DNA from: Clostridia bacterium | GTDB taxonomy: Bacteria > Bacillota > Clostridia > Oscillospirales > SIG627 | Assembly (NCBI GenBank): GCA_017520825.1 | Contig: JAFXEX010000002.1 | Span: 25,584-89,583 of the forward strand | Length of the DNA stretch: 64,000 nt | Direction: 5' to 3' | Shown here: in pieces, positions 36,754-46,532 of the stretch | Numbering within the stretch: position 1 is the stretch's first letter | How the letters are laid out: each line of letters opens with the position of its first letter | Notes under the pieces: model-generated | The model's input: only the letters and a program-made list of their open reading frames with translations | Databases searched by the model: none | Told to the model about the DNA's origin: nothing | Made by a program: the position numbers and the translations under genes

Positions 36754-37902
36754 TTAATCGAGATAGTCCCTGAGCTTTTTGGAACGGCTGGGGTGTCTAA
36801 GCTTTCTGAGTGCCTTCGCCTCTATCTGTCTTATACGCTCACGGGTAATGTTGAATTCCTTGCCCACCTCTTCGAGAGTACGGGTTTTTCCGTCCTCAAG
36901 ACCGAAGCGAAGCTTCAATACGTTCTTCTCTCTGGTGGTGAGAGTGTTAAGCACCTCGTCAAGCTGTTCACGCAGAAGCGTGTAGCTTACTGCATCTGCA
37001 GGGGCAGGAGATTCGTCGTCGGGAATAAAATCTCCCAGATGGCTGTCCTCTTCCTCGCCTATGGGTGTTTCCAATGACACGGGCTCCTGCGCTACCTTGA
37101 GAATTTCACGCACCTTATCCACGGGCATATTGATTGCCTCGGATATTTCCTCAGGTGATGCATCGTGTCCTTTTTCCTGCAAAATCTGTCTTGATGCTCT
37201 CTGCACCTTATGTATAGTTTCAACCATATGCACGGGAATTCTTATGGTTCTTGCCTGGTCGGCAATGGCACGGGTTATAGCCTGTCTTATCCACCAGGTT
37301 GCGTACGTGGAGAACTTGTATCCTTTTGTGTAATCGAACTTTTCAACTGCCTTCATAAGTCCGAGGTTTCCCTCTTGTATAAGGTCGAGGAAGTACATAC
37401 CTCGTCCCATATATCTTTTGGCAATGCTTACTACCAGACGTAAATTTGCTTCAACGAGAAGCTCCTTTGCTTTTTCGTCTCCCTCCAGCATTTTCTGTGA
37501 AAGCTCGATTTCCTTTTCGGTTTCAAGCAAAGGTACTTTTCCTATTTCCTTGAGGTACATTCTGACGTGGTCCTCTATTGCAAGTCCCTCGCTTGCAAGT
37601 GCGTTTTCCATATCCTCGGAGGTTTCAAGTGTTTCAACCTCTTCGATATCGTCAAAGTTTTCCAGATCCACGTAGGAATCCACTACCTCAATGCCCATCG
37701 ACTCCAATATGTCGTAGATTTTTTCCATTGTTTCGGGGTCAATGTCCACACTCTCCAAGGATTCCATAACCTCAATGGGAGTGACCGAGCCTCTTTGCTT
37801 AATTTTGTTGATAAAAGCCAATATCTCGGGTTTAAGCTCGTTTAAGTCTTTTGCCGTGTTTGGTACTGTGTTGTCAATGTTCTCCAAATTGTTGCTGTTC
37901 AT
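36754..37902 (-). CDS. sigA: RNA polymerase sigma-70 factor, RpoD/SigA (the more canonical of two tandem copies)
   Basis: Regions 1.1-4.2 are complete. [59 protein letters not shown] and the C-terminal [14 protein letters not shown] closely match my recollection of B. subtilis SigA. Confidence 0.9.
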   Translation of the reverse strand: MNSNNLENIDNTVPNTAKDLNELKPEILAFINKIKQRGSVTPIEVMESLESVDIDPETMEKIYDILESMGIEVVDSYVDLENFDDIEEVETLETSEDMENALASEGLAIEDHVRMYLKEIGKVPLLETEKEIELSQKMLEGDEKAKELLVEANLRLVVSIAKRYMGRGMYFLDLIQEGNLGLMKAVEKFDYTKGYKFSTYATWWIRQAITRAIADQARTIRIPVHMVETIHKVQRASRQILQEKGHDASPEEISEAINMPVDKVREILKVAQEPVSLETPIGEEEDSHLGDFIPDDESPAPADAVSYTLLREQLDEVLNTLTTREKNVLKLRFGLEDGKTRTLEEVGKEFNITRERIRQIEAKALRKLRHPSRSKKLRDYLD

Positions 37903-37942
37903 AGTTTTTGCGCTGTCCCTTTCTTTGTTAGCCGTTGTTTGT

Positions 37943-39073
37943 TTACCTAAAACCTTTAAATTTTGAAATCCGTGTGGGGTGTCTGAGCTTTCTGAGTGCC
38001 TTTGCCTCTATCTGTCTTATACGCTCACGGGTAATATTAAATGCCTTTCCCACCTCCTCAAGCGTACGGGGCACTCCGTCGTCAAGACCGAATCTCATTC
38101 TTATAACGTTCTCTTCCCTCTCGGTAAGAGTTTTCAATACCTCGCTTATTTGCTCGCGAAGCATAGTTTTTCCCACTATCTCGTCGGGCTCGGGTGAGGT
38201 TTCGTCAGCAATAAATTCTCCTATGCTGCTTTCCTCGTCCTCGCCTACGGGGCTGTCTATGGAAATAGGCTCCTGTGCTATCTGCATTATCTCCCTCACC
38301 TTGTCGATAGACATACCCGAAAGCTCGGATATTTCTTCAACCGTAGCTTCCCTGCCCTTTTCCTGCAATATCTGCCTTGAGCATCTTTGTATTCTGTGCA
38401 TGGTTTCTACCATATGCACGGGTATACGAATAGTTCTCGATTGGTCGGCAAGGGCTCTGGTTATAGCCTGTCTTATCCACCAGGTTGCGTAGGTGGAAAA
38501 CTTATAGCCCTTAGTGTAATCGAATTTTTCGACTGCTTTTATCAGTCCCGAGTTTCCTTCCTGAATAAGATCCAAAAGACCCATTCCACGTCCTATGTAT
38601 CTCTTCGCGATACTTACGACAAGGCGAAGGTTTGCCTCAACGAGAACGTTTCTCGCACTGATGTCTCCCTCGGTTATTTTCTTGGCAAGCTCTATTTCTT
38701 CCTCTGCTGATAAAAGCTTTATTTTTCCTATGTCCTTGAGATACATTTTTACGTGGTCCTCAATGGGCATGGAGTCGGATGCAAGAAGCGCTTCCACATC
38801 CTCTTCGGAGTCAAACTGTTCTTCCTCGGCGTCAAAATCCTCAAAATTTTCAAAGCTGGGAAGATCGTCGGGGATATCGGGTACGGTTACCTCTATGCCA
38901 AGCTCCTCAAGCTTGGCGTAAAGCTTATCCGTTTCATCGTCACTGAGTGAATTGGACTCAATGACTTCAAGTATTTCGTCACTGTCAAGAGTGCCTTTCT
39001 TTTTTGCTTTCTGGATGAGTTCGTTGATGTCTGCTTTTTCTTCGTCTGGAATGATTGATGCTTTGTTTGTCAT
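37943..39073 (-). CDS. Second full-length RpoD/SigA-like sigma-70 paralog (more divergent), directly downstream of dnaG
   Basis: All sigma-70 regions are present. It differs from the neighbour in region 1.1, region 3 ([23 protein letters not shown]) and the C-terminal end ([13 protein letters not shown]). Only 40 nt, with no terminator, separate it from the downstream copy. Confidence 0.85.
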   Translation of the reverse strand: MTNKASIIPDEEKADINELIQKAKKKGTLDSDEILEVIESNSLSDDETDKLYAKLEELGIEVTVPDIPDDLPSFENFEDFDAEEEQFDSEEDVEALLASDSMPIEDHVKMYLKDIGKIKLLSAEEEIELAKKITEGDISARNVLVEANLRLVVSIAKRYIGRGMGLLDLIQEGNSGLIKAVEKFDYTKGYKFSTYATWWIRQAITRALADQSRTIRIPVHMVETMHRIQRCSRQILQEKGREATVEEISELSGMSIDKVREIMQIAQEPISIDSPVGEDEESSIGEFIADETSPEPDEIVGKTMLREQISEVLKTLTEREENVIRMRFGLDDGVPRTLEEVGKAFNITRERIRQIEAKALRKLRHPTRISKFKGFR

Positions 39074-39101
39074 AATCCTTTTCCTTTCAACGTAACTTAT
39101 T

Positions 39102-40859
39102 TTATTTTTTTGTTTTCTTCAGCTCTTCTATTCTTTTAAAGAAGGATTCCTCAGAGCCGTCGTCGTCTTTTTTTCGGTCAGCTTCCTTTTTAAGACTTTC
39201 GGCAAGCTCAATTGCAACACTCTCACTATTGTTTGCAAGCTCTCGCCGTCGTACCGTCATCTGTGTAATTCTTCCCATTTCATCGGGAGTAAATGCATCT
39301 CCGAAGGTGGTTTCTCCTTCCTTGAGAGCCTGTGCGTTTCTCACTATCTCGCGCCACACCTTCTTTGTAAACTCGCATCCGAAAATATCCTCTGTCACCA
39401 AATTGCTAAGAGTGGGATTTTCAATAAATTCGGGTCGCATAAGAAAAAGTCCCAAAAGGTTTTCCTCTTTTTTTACTGTAGAAAGATTTTTTGCGCTGTC
39501 GGCGTTTACTCTGTCGCCGTAGCCGATACTCTTGTTTATATCGTCTCTGACTGCATTTCTTTCTGCCTGACGGCGTGATTTCTGCTGTCTTTTTTTGGTT
39601 TCGTTTCTGATAATTTCGGCAGATATTCCCGTATCAACGCTTATTCTCTGAACGAAAATTTCTCTTTCTATCTCGCTGGCGACGCCTGCCAGCATATTAC
39701 AGCATTCGTCGAGAAAAGCAAGCTTTTGCTCGGGTACCGAAAGGTTGTATTTTGCCGATATATTTTTAATCGTGTACTCAATATGTCCGTCGGAGCCACG
39801 GAGAAGCTTCTCGAAGGAAGTCTTGCCGTATTTCTTTATGTATTCGTCGGGGTCCTTTGCGCCCTCTACCGTTACTACCTTGACCTTGACTCCAACCTCG
39901 CCAAGCATATCAATTGCACGCTTTGAAGCCCTTTGTCCAGCTTCATCCGAGTCGTAGCAAAGGTATACGGTGTTTGCGTACCGTGCAATTATTCTCGTTT
40001 GCTCGGACGTCAGCGCCGTGCCGAGCGTTGCCACAGCATTCACAAAGCCTGCCTGCTGAAGCGCCACAACGTCCATATATCCCTCGCAAAGAATAAGTGA
40101 GGAGTCGGTATTGTTTTTGGCGTGGTTAAGTGCGTAAAGGTTACGGCTCTTTTTAAACACAGGTGTGTCAGAGGAGTTGAGATATTTGGGGGTGCCATCG
40201 CCTATTATTCTTCCACCAAAGGCAATTACGTTTCCCGAAAGGTCGAATATGGGGAACATTATACGCCCCCTGAAATAGTCGAAAAGCCTTCCCGTCTTCT
40301 GTGAAACGCCTGCAAGGAAGCCGTTTCTTATCTCTTCCTTTTCAAAGCCCTTGGACATAAGATAGCCGGTAAGAGAATCCCATGACGTGTCAGCGTATCC
40401 GATACCGAAGCGCTTTATGGTCTGAAGTGACAGTCCTCTTTGTGAAATATAGTTCAAAGCCTGCTGATTTTCAGGCGCTATCAGTGCATCGTAGAAAAAT
40501 CGGGCAGCAAGCTTATTCATCTCAAAATAGCGTTCCTTATTTACCCTTGCTTTAATACTGCTTGGGTCTTCGGGAACAGTTAAGCCTGCACGAGCAGCTA
40601 AATGCTCTATTGCCGTCATATAGTCAACGTTTTCCATCTTCATAGTGAAGGTGATTACGTCTCCTCCTGCACCACATCCGAAGCAATAAAAGTTTTCGTT
40701 GTTTCTGAACACTGTAAATGAAGGTGTGCGCTCACTGTGGAATGGACAACAGCCCACAAGATTTGAGCCTGCACGCTTCAACTGAACGTATTGGGATATT
40801 ACGTCTTCGATATTACATCTTGCTTTGAGCTCTTGTAAAAATTCCTGGGGTAAAGCCAA
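39102..40859 (-). CDS. dnaG: DNA primase
   Basis: [13 protein letters not shown] zinc finger and a TOPRIM region (ILCEGYMDV). TTG at 40859 lies 7 nt after AGGAGG; the track GTG at 40865 abuts the SD. Confidence 0.9.
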   Translation of the reverse strand: MALPQEFLQELKARCNIEDVISQYVQLKRAGSNLVGCCPFHSERTPSFTVFRNNENFYCFGCGAGGDVITFTMKMENVDYMTAIEHLAARAGLTVPEDPSSIKARVNKERYFEMNKLAARFFYDALIAPENQQALNYISQRGLSLQTIKRFGIGYADTSWDSLTGYLMSKGFEKEEIRNGFLAGVSQKTGRLFDYFRGRIMFPIFDLSGNVIAFGGRIIGDGTPKYLNSSDTPVFKKSRNLYALNHAKNNTDSSLILCEGYMDVVALQQAGFVNAVATLGTALTSEQTRIIARYANTVYLCYDSDEAGQRASKRAIDMLGEVGVKVKVVTVEGAKDPDEYIKKYGKTSFEKLLRGSDGHIEYTIKNISAKYNLSVPEQKLAFLDECCNMLAGVASEIEREIFVQRISVDTGISAEIIRNETKKRQQKSRRQAERNAVRDDINKSIGYGDRVNADSAKNLSTVKKEENLLGLFLMRPEFIENPTLSNLVTEDIFGCEFTKKVWREIVRNAQALKEGETTFGDAFTPDEMGRITQMTVRRRELANNSESVAIELAESLKKEADRKKDDDGSEESFFKRIEELKKTKK

Positions 40860-40945
40860 ATTCACACCTCCTGTTCTTTCCTGTTCTACAATAAATATAC
40901 GCTAAAAAAGGCGAAAATCCTTTTTTATTACTGAAAAAAATTAAT

Positions 40946-42472
40946 TTAAAGCACGTTGAAGTATTTTCTGTCAAGGCTTCTCAGCTGAACTGCCTCAAAA
41001 ACGTGCTGACGTTCAACCGAATAGCTATGCGCCAAATCGGCAATGGTTCGGGCGACTCTCACTATTCTGTCATAGCCTCTTGCTGAAAGTGAAAGCTTTT
41101 CATATGCGTTCTTCAGCACCTCGTCTGCCTCGTGTGAAAAACAGCAATTCTCTTTTTTAAAGGTCTGTGAGGGGTTATTTTTCAGCCCCATTTTAATTAT
41201 TCGGTCTGCCGAAAATTCACGCGCTCGGTTCACTCTGTCACGAACGGAGGCAGAGCTTTCTGCCCTTTCGCCCGAATTCATCTGGTCAAATTTTATGGCA
41301 GGCACCTCTATCTGAATATCTATTCTGTCAAGAAGAGGTCCCGATATTTTATCAAGATATCTTTTAACCGACGATTGAGTACAGGTGCATTCCTTCTGGT
41401 CGCTTCCAAAGTATCCACAGGGACAAGGATTCATTGCGCAAACCAGCATAAAATTACTTGGATACGAAAGCTTATAATTTGCTCTGGTTACGGTTATCAT
41501 TTTGTCCTCAATTGGCTGACGCAAAACCTCCAGCGTCTTTTTGTTGAATTCGGTAAACTCGTCAAGGAACAACACACCGTTGTGAGCCAAAGACACCTCT
41601 CCCGGTTGCGGGTTAATACCACCACCAATCATTCCTATATGAGAAACCGTATGATGTGGTGAACGGAACGGTCGTGTATTGATGACGGGATGCTCAGGGG
41701 AAAGTATACCCGTTACCGAGTGTATCTTGGTGGCTTCTATAATCTCCTCGTAGCTCATATTAGGAAGTATACCCACGAGCGCCTTGGAAAGCATACTCTT
41801 TCCTGCGCCGGGAGGCCCTATGAGAAGTATATTGTGATTGCCAGTTGCTGCTATTTCCATAGCTCTCTTGGCTTTTTCCTGACCTTTTATATCGGCAAAG
41901 TCGAGAAGAGGTACGTTGCCCTGCTGAGTAATACCGTCGTCGTACGTAATGGGAGTTATTTTCTCCTCCCCCTTAAGATGCGCAATCAACTGTCGTATAT
42001 CCTTAACTCCGTATACCTCAACGTCCTTTACTATTGATGCCTCAACGGCATTTGCTAAGGGAAGGAAAATGCGCTTTTTGCCTGCTTCACGGGCTGTAAT
42101 GCACATAGGAAGCGCACCCGTCACCGAGCGAAGCTCTCCTGCCAGTGAAAGCTCACCTATAAACACGGCGTCGTCGGTAAATACGTTTTCGAGAACGGTG
42201 TGCTTCAGCATAGACACAAGTATAGCCAAATCGTAGTATGAGCCCACCTTTTTCTTATCGGCAGGTGCAAGGTTTATTGTGGTTCTGCCCTTAATAAACG
42301 GCAGACTGTTATTGGTGGTTACAGCGCGTATTCTATCGGTAGCCTCCTTTACGGATGCGTCGGGCAAACCTATAACTGAAATCTCGGGAAGTCCCCTCTC
42401 AAAATTACATTCCACGCTAACCTCAAAGCCGTCTATGCCCCATACGGCAACAGTATAAACAGTGTTTACCAC
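40946..42472 (-). CDS. comM: YifB/ComM family Mg-chelatase-like ATPase
   Basis: Lon-like N-domain, Walker A GPPGAGKSM, C-terminal ChlI domain. GTG at 42472 follows GGAGGTG. Confidence 0.85.
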   Translation of the reverse strand: MVNTVYTVAVWGIDGFEVSVECNFERGLPEISVIGLPDASVKEATDRIRAVTTNNSLPFIKGRTTINLAPADKKKVGSYYDLAILVSMLKHTVLENVFTDDAVFIGELSLAGELRSVTGALPMCITAREAGKKRIFLPLANAVEASIVKDVEVYGVKDIRQLIAHLKGEEKITPITYDDGITQQGNVPLLDFADIKGQEKAKRAMEIAATGNHNILLIGPPGAGKSMLSKALVGILPNMSYEEIIEATKIHSVTGILSPEHPVINTRPFRSPHHTVSHIGMIGGGINPQPGEVSLAHNGVLFLDEFTEFNKKTLEVLRQPIEDKMITVTRANYKLSYPSNFMLVCAMNPCPCGYFGSDQKECTCTQSSVKRYLDKISGPLLDRIDIQIEVPAIKFDQMNSGERAESSASVRDRVNRAREFSADRIIKMGLKNNPSQTFKKENCCFSHEADEVLKNAYEKLSLSARGYDRIVRVARTIADLAHSYSVERQHVFEAVQLRSLDRKYFNVL

Positions 42473-42505
42473 AATTACACCTCCAAAGATAAGGATATTC
42501 AGTAT

Positions 42506-42534
42506 ATTATACAACATTTTTCAAAGCTTTGCAA
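42506..42534 (-). promoter_or_regulatory. Promoter of comM
   Basis: Minus strand: TTGCAA, 17 nt, TATAAT. Confidence 0.5.
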
Positions 42535-42552
42535 TAGCTGAAAACAAAAAAT

Positions 42553-42576
42553 CGCCTCACACCGAGGTGTGAGGCG
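42553..42576 (-). terminator. Intrinsic terminator after the NhaC-family gene
   Basis: CGCCTCACAC-cgag-GTGTGAGGCG, followed on the minus strand by ATTTTTTGTTTT. Confidence 0.7.
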
Positions 42577-42590
42577 TTGTTTTTTATTCT

Positions 42591-44228
42591 TTAGTCGGCT
42601 TTCTTTGCCGTTACCATTTTGATAACGAAAAGAGTTGCAACCGTAAGCACTGCGCCTATAGGAAGCACAATCCACGCATTCTGAATAAATCCTGCAAGGA
42701 TGTAGCATACGAAGGATATAGCAGCAACTGTGATAGCGTAAGGAAGCTGTGTTGAAACGTGCTGAACGTGTTCACACTGAGCGCCTGCCGACGACATAAT
42801 GGTAGTATCTGAAATGGGTGAGCAGTGGTCACCACAAACTGCACCTGCAAGGCAAGCAGACATACCGATTGTAAGAAGCGTGGAGCCTTCGGGGAAGATA
42901 ACGGTTACGATGGGAATGAGAATACCGAAGGTGCCCCATGAAGTACCCGTAGCAAATGCAAGAACACAAGCAACAAGGAAAATAACTGCAGGAAGGAAGA
43001 TGCTGAGTGCCTCTGCATTGGAGGACATAAGGTTACCTACGTAGTACTTTGTACCGAGAAGACCGGTCATATTCTTAAGACCTGTTGCAAAGGTAAGAAT
43101 AAGGATAGCAGGAACCATTGCGTTAAAGCCCTTGGGTATGCAGTCCATAGATTCCTTGAGGTCGATTATGCCACGACAGATAAAGAATACGATTGTGAAG
43201 ATGAGAGCAATAAGACCACCCCAGGGAAGACCTACTGTCGCGTCCGTGTTAGCAAATGCATCAACGAAGCTTACGCCGTCAAGGATACCACCGTTATAAA
43301 CGAGAGCAAATACGCAAACGGCAATAAGAACAACAATAGGAAGAACAAGGTCGATAACCTTACCCTTGGGACTTTCCTTTGCGTTAGCCTCTTCAACCAA
43401 CGCTTCAAGGTCAGCCTTTGCGTTCATTTCAGCCTTCTTCATAGGACCGAAGTCAAACTTCATAAGAACGATTGCTATAACGAACACGAAGGTAAGAAGT
43501 GAATAGAAGTTAAAGGGTATTGCCTGGATAAACAGCTTGAGTCCCTCTCCCTCGGGAGCGTAGCTTGCAACTGCAGCTGCCCATGAGGAAATGGGGGCTA
43601 TCATACAAATGGGAGCTGCCGTTGCGTCGATAAGATACGCAAGCTTTGCTCTTGAAACGTTATTCTTGTCTGTAACGGGACGCATTACCGAACCAACTGT
43701 GAGACAGTTGAAATAGTCGTCGATGAATATAAGTACGCCGAGAACGAAGGTAGCAAGGCTTGCGCCAACCTTTGTCTTAACGTGCTTCTTTGCCCAATTA
43801 CCGAAAGCTGCCGAACCGCCTGCTCTGTTAATAAGAGCAACCATGATACCAAGCTCTACGAGGAATACGAAGATACCTGCAGTTCCTGAAACTGCCGAGA
43901 TAAGTCCGTCGTTGATAATGGTATCAATTGTGCCTGTAACCGAGAAGTTTGCAGCAAGAATTCCTGCTACACCGATACCGATAAAGAGCGAGCTGTAAAC
44001 TTCCTTTGTGATAAGAGCCAGAGCGATAGCGATAAAGGGAGGAATAAGCGCCCAATAAGTACCAACTACCTCACCTGCTCCACCACAGGTTTCACATTCC
44101 GTTCCGGCAACTGCGCAGTCGGGACAGTCAACCGTTCCCATAGCACCGCCTGTTACGTAAGCAACGACCAGGAGAGCTATGATTACAACTGCAGCAATAG
44201 CAAGAACTATCTTGTTTGTCTTTGCCAT
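42591..44228 (-). CDS. NhaC-family Na+/H+ antiporter-type transporter (candidate lysine transporter) with an extra N-terminal TM helix and Cys4 knuckle
   Basis: 12+ TM helices with NhaC-like blocks. N-terminus: MAKTNKIVLAIAAVVIIALLVVAYV...DCPDCAVAGTECETCGGAGE. Preceded by an L-box. Confidence 0.8.
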   Translation of the reverse strand: MAKTNKIVLAIAAVVIIALLVVAYVTGGAMGTVDCPDCAVAGTECETCGGAGEVVGTYWALIPPFIAIALALITKEVYSSLFIGIGVAGILAANFSVTGTIDTIINDGLISAVSGTAGIFVFLVELGIMVALINRAGGSAAFGNWAKKHVKTKVGASLATFVLGVLIFIDDYFNCLTVGSVMRPVTDKNNVSRAKLAYLIDATAAPICMIAPISSWAAAVASYAPEGEGLKLFIQAIPFNFYSLLTFVFVIAIVLMKFDFGPMKKAEMNAKADLEALVEEANAKESPKGKVIDLVLPIVVLIAVCVFALVYNGGILDGVSFVDAFANTDATVGLPWGGLIALIFTIVFFICRGIIDLKESMDCIPKGFNAMVPAILILTFATGLKNMTGLLGTKYYVGNLMSSNAEALSIFLPAVIFLVACVLAFATGTSWGTFGILIPIVTVIFPEGSTLLTIGMSACLAGAVCGDHCSPISDTTIMSSAGAQCEHVQHVSTQLPYAITVAAISFVCYILAGFIQNAWIVLPIGAVLTVATLFVIKMVTAKKAD

Positions 44229-44242
44229 AGTTTTTTCTCCTT

Positions 44243-44455
44243 AAAAATAAAAAATGTCGTGGCACTATCTTCCACGACGAAAAGTCACAAAGGATAGCAC
44301 TCCACATAAATGTGACAGTCGACTGCATATTCTACAAGCCAACCAACCCGAAAAACAGTAATAAGGACATTTTTCGGATTTCGGCAACGGCTCCTTTCGT
44401 TATCTGCTCCTTTGCATTTGTGATAACTAATAATAACCGTCGCGCCTCTACCACA
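44243..44455 (-). promoter_or_regulatory. Lysine riboswitch (L-box; aptamer ~44300-44455) with terminator expression platform (~44243-44280)
   Basis: The minus strand reads GTGGTAGAGGCGCGA...TTAGTTA...AAGGAGC...CGAAAGGAGCCGTTGCCGAAAT...TTGGTTGGCTTGTAGAAT...GACTGTCACA. These match the conserved L-box blocks of B. subtilis lysC as I recall them. It is followed by GTCGTGG-loop-CCACGAC and ATTTTTTATTTTT. Confidence 0.8.
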
Positions 44456-44460
44456 AGTTA

Positions 44461-44489
44461 ATAGTAACATTCCCCTGTCGATTTGTCAA
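44461..44489 (-). promoter_or_regulatory. Promoter driving the lysine riboswitch
   Basis: Minus strand: TTGACA, 17 nt, TACTAT. The predicted TSS sits just before the first riboswitch helix. Confidence 0.55.
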
Positions 44490-44615
44490 GAAAAAGTTTA
44501 CATTTTGTCAAAAAATCGGCTAACAGCCACTGTCACATCTCGCCTATCCTTACTTTCCTTTTAACTCAATCAAAAAACGGCAAGTTCATTTTGAATGCAA
44601 ATTCTCGGTATAAAA

Positions 44616-44641
44616 AAAGTCCCACTAAAAAGTGGAACTTT
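44616..44641 (-). terminator. Intrinsic terminator after the PRTase gene
   Basis: AAAGTTCCACT-tttt-AGTGGGACTTT (one mismatch), followed on the minus strand by TTTTTTTA. Confidence 0.6.
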
Positions 44642-44648
44642 ATTTTTA

Positions 44649-45230
44649 TTATTTAACGCTTCCGTCCGGATTGAATAATGGAAGTCTTTCCAGGTATATA
44701 ATATCATCACGGTCAGCAGCGCTACCCTCGGCAAGAATAGCCATCTTTCCACAGATGATACCACCTGCCTTTTCTACGAGGGTTTCAATAGCCTTAAGAG
44801 ATTCACCCGTTGATATTACGTCGTCAACGATAAGGACTCTCTTGCCCTTCATAAGATTAGCATCCTCCACGTCAAGATAAAGCTTCTGACTGCTTGCAGT
44901 GGTTATTGAATTAACCTCAACCTCGAACACACCCGTCATATAAAGCTTGGGCTTTTTGCGTGCCAGAAGGTATTTTGCATCAGCCTGTCTTGCCATTTCG
45001 TAAACAAGGGGTATGCCCTTTGCCTCTGCAGTAATTATGTAATCGTATTCGGGTGCCTTTTCAAGCAATGCCGATGCTGCGGCAACGGTAAGCTCGGTAT
45101 CACCGAAAATAACGAATGCGCCTATATAAAGCTCGTCGTTTACTCTGCAAATGGGAAGCTTTCTGTCTACCCCTGCAATTTTTATGGGATAATAATTCAA
45201 AACACTCAACTCCTTTTCTATATTATACAT
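44649..45230 (-). CDS. Type I phosphoribosyltransferase (adenine/xanthine PRT-like)
   Basis: PRPP-binding loop VLIVDDVISTGESL. The start is ambiguous: ATG at 45230 lacks an SD, while TTG at 45200 follows AAGGAG. Confidence 0.7.
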   Translation of the reverse strand: MYNIEKELSVLNYYPIKIAGVDRKLPICRVNDELYIGAFVIFGDTELTVAAASALLEKAPEYDYIITAEAKGIPLVYEMARQADAKYLLARKKPKLYMTGVFEVEVNSITTASSQKLYLDVEDANLMKGKRVLIVDDVISTGESLKAIETLVEKAGGIICGKMAILAEGSAADRDDIIYLERLPLFNPDGSVK

Positions 45231-45252
45231 CTTTCTTTTTCAAAAATCAACA

Positions 45253-46068
45253 TCAAAGTAGAATTAAAACCAAAATTCCAAGAATTATTCTGTAAATACC
45301 AAACACCTTGAAGTCGTGCTTTTTTACGTAGCCGATAAGAAATTTTATTGCGATTATTGAAATCACGAATGCAGTTACCATGCCTACAGCAAGATATATA
45401 AATTCGGCAAGGGAGAAGTCAAAGCCGAATTTTACAAGCTTCAGGAGGCTTGCGCCTGCCATTACGGGCACGGCGAGATAGAAGGTGTATTCTGCAGCAA
45501 CCGTTCTTGAAACGCCTATAAGCAATGCACCGATAATAGTTGCGCCCGAGCGCGAAACACCCGGGAACACTGCTGCAAGCACCTGAAATACACCGATTAG
45601 CAACGCAGTATTCAGAGTTATTTCGGAAATAGAATTAATTTTCGGTATCTTCCTGTTTAACGTCTCAATAAGTATAAAGAAAACTCCAAATACTATAAGG
45701 GCTATTGACACCGACGTTGCGTTGTAGAACAATCTGTCGAATACGTCCTCGAAAAGTATGCCTATTATAGCTGCAGGCACGCAGGAAACGAGAATTTTTA
45801 TCCAAAGTCCGAAAATATCCTTTTTTATAAAGGATTCGCCTTTTTTAAAGGAAAATGGAAACAGCTTGCTCCAATAAATCATTACAACGGCAAGTATTGC
45901 GCCAAGCTGAATGACCACGAGGAAAAGGTCGTAGAAGCTTTCGGAAAATCCAAGAGTGAAAAACTCGTTGAAGAGTATCATATGCCCCGTACTGCTGACG
46001 GGAAGCCATTCGGTGATACCCTCAATTATTCCTACGATAAAGGTTAAAATCAAATCTGTAAAGTTCAT
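45253..46068 (-). CDS. uppP: Undecaprenyl-diphosphate phosphatase
   Basis: GIIEGITEWLPVSSTGH and PGVSRSGATI motifs; 271 aa. Confidence 0.9.
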   Translation of the reverse strand: MNFTDLILTFIVGIIEGITEWLPVSSTGHMILFNEFFTLGFSESFYDLFLVVIQLGAILAVVMIYWSKLFPFSFKKGESFIKKDIFGLWIKILVSCVPAAIIGILFEDVFDRLFYNATSVSIALIVFGVFFILIETLNRKIPKINSISEITLNTALLIGVFQVLAAVFPGVSRSGATIIGALLIGVSRTVAAEYTFYLAVPVMAGASLLKLVKFGFDFSLAEFIYLAVGMVTAFVISIIAIKFLIGYVKKHDFKVFGIYRIILGILVLILL

Positions 46069-46124
46069 ATCATTTACCTCCGTTTTTTAATGATATCATA
46101 TATTTATGCTTTTGTCAAAAAAAC

Positions 46125-46532
46125 TTGACGGCAAAAATCAAATGTTATATAATAATCGGTAAGGGAGGGATTATTACGGAAAGAAAGCTGTTTCACAAAA
46201 AAGATATAGTCGTACTTGCCCTTCTTTTATGTCTTGCTCTCCTGTTCTATTTTACTGCAACCCGTGAAAAAGGAGAAAGGGCTGAAATATGGATAAACGG
46301 AGATTTATACAAGAGCTTTGAGCTGAAAGAGCCCTTTGAAATAAAGCTGGATAACGGTGCAACGATAAAAGGTGACGGAGAAAGTGCATATTTTGAACAC
46401 TCCGACTGTCCCGACAAGGTTTGCGTAAACACGGGCAGGCTGTCGGTGTCGGGAGAATGGGCGGCGTGTCTGCCCAACGAAACTGTGCTGAAAATATCGA
46501 AGGGCAACGGCGACGTTGATACGGTGAGCTGA
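46125..46532 (+). CDS. NusG domain II-containing membrane-anchored protein
   Basis: N-terminal TM helix plus HSDCPDKVCVNTGRLSVSGEWAACLPNETVL, the NusG_II signature. The true start is uncertain: there is no ATG after the AAGGGAGGG at 46161, so it may be ATT at 46173 or CTG at 46188. Confidence 0.7.
   Translation: MTAKIKCYIIIGKGGIITERKLFHKKDIVVLALLLCLALLFYFTATREKGERAEIWINGDLYKSFELKEPFEIKLDNGATIKGDGESAYFEHSDCPDKVCVNTGRLSVSGEWAACLPNETVLKISKGNGDVDTVS

Noticed and set aside
37287-37295. DnaA-box-like TTATCCACC (also at 38473-38481)
   Set aside because: Both copies lie inside the sigma genes, where they encode the invariant WWIRQA segment on the opposite strand. They are not clustered in non-coding DNA.
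36454-38492. 207-aa and 185-aa plus-strand ORFs with similar sequences
   Set aside because: They are mirror images of the two sigma-factor genes. Their mutual similarity only reflects the sigma paralogy.
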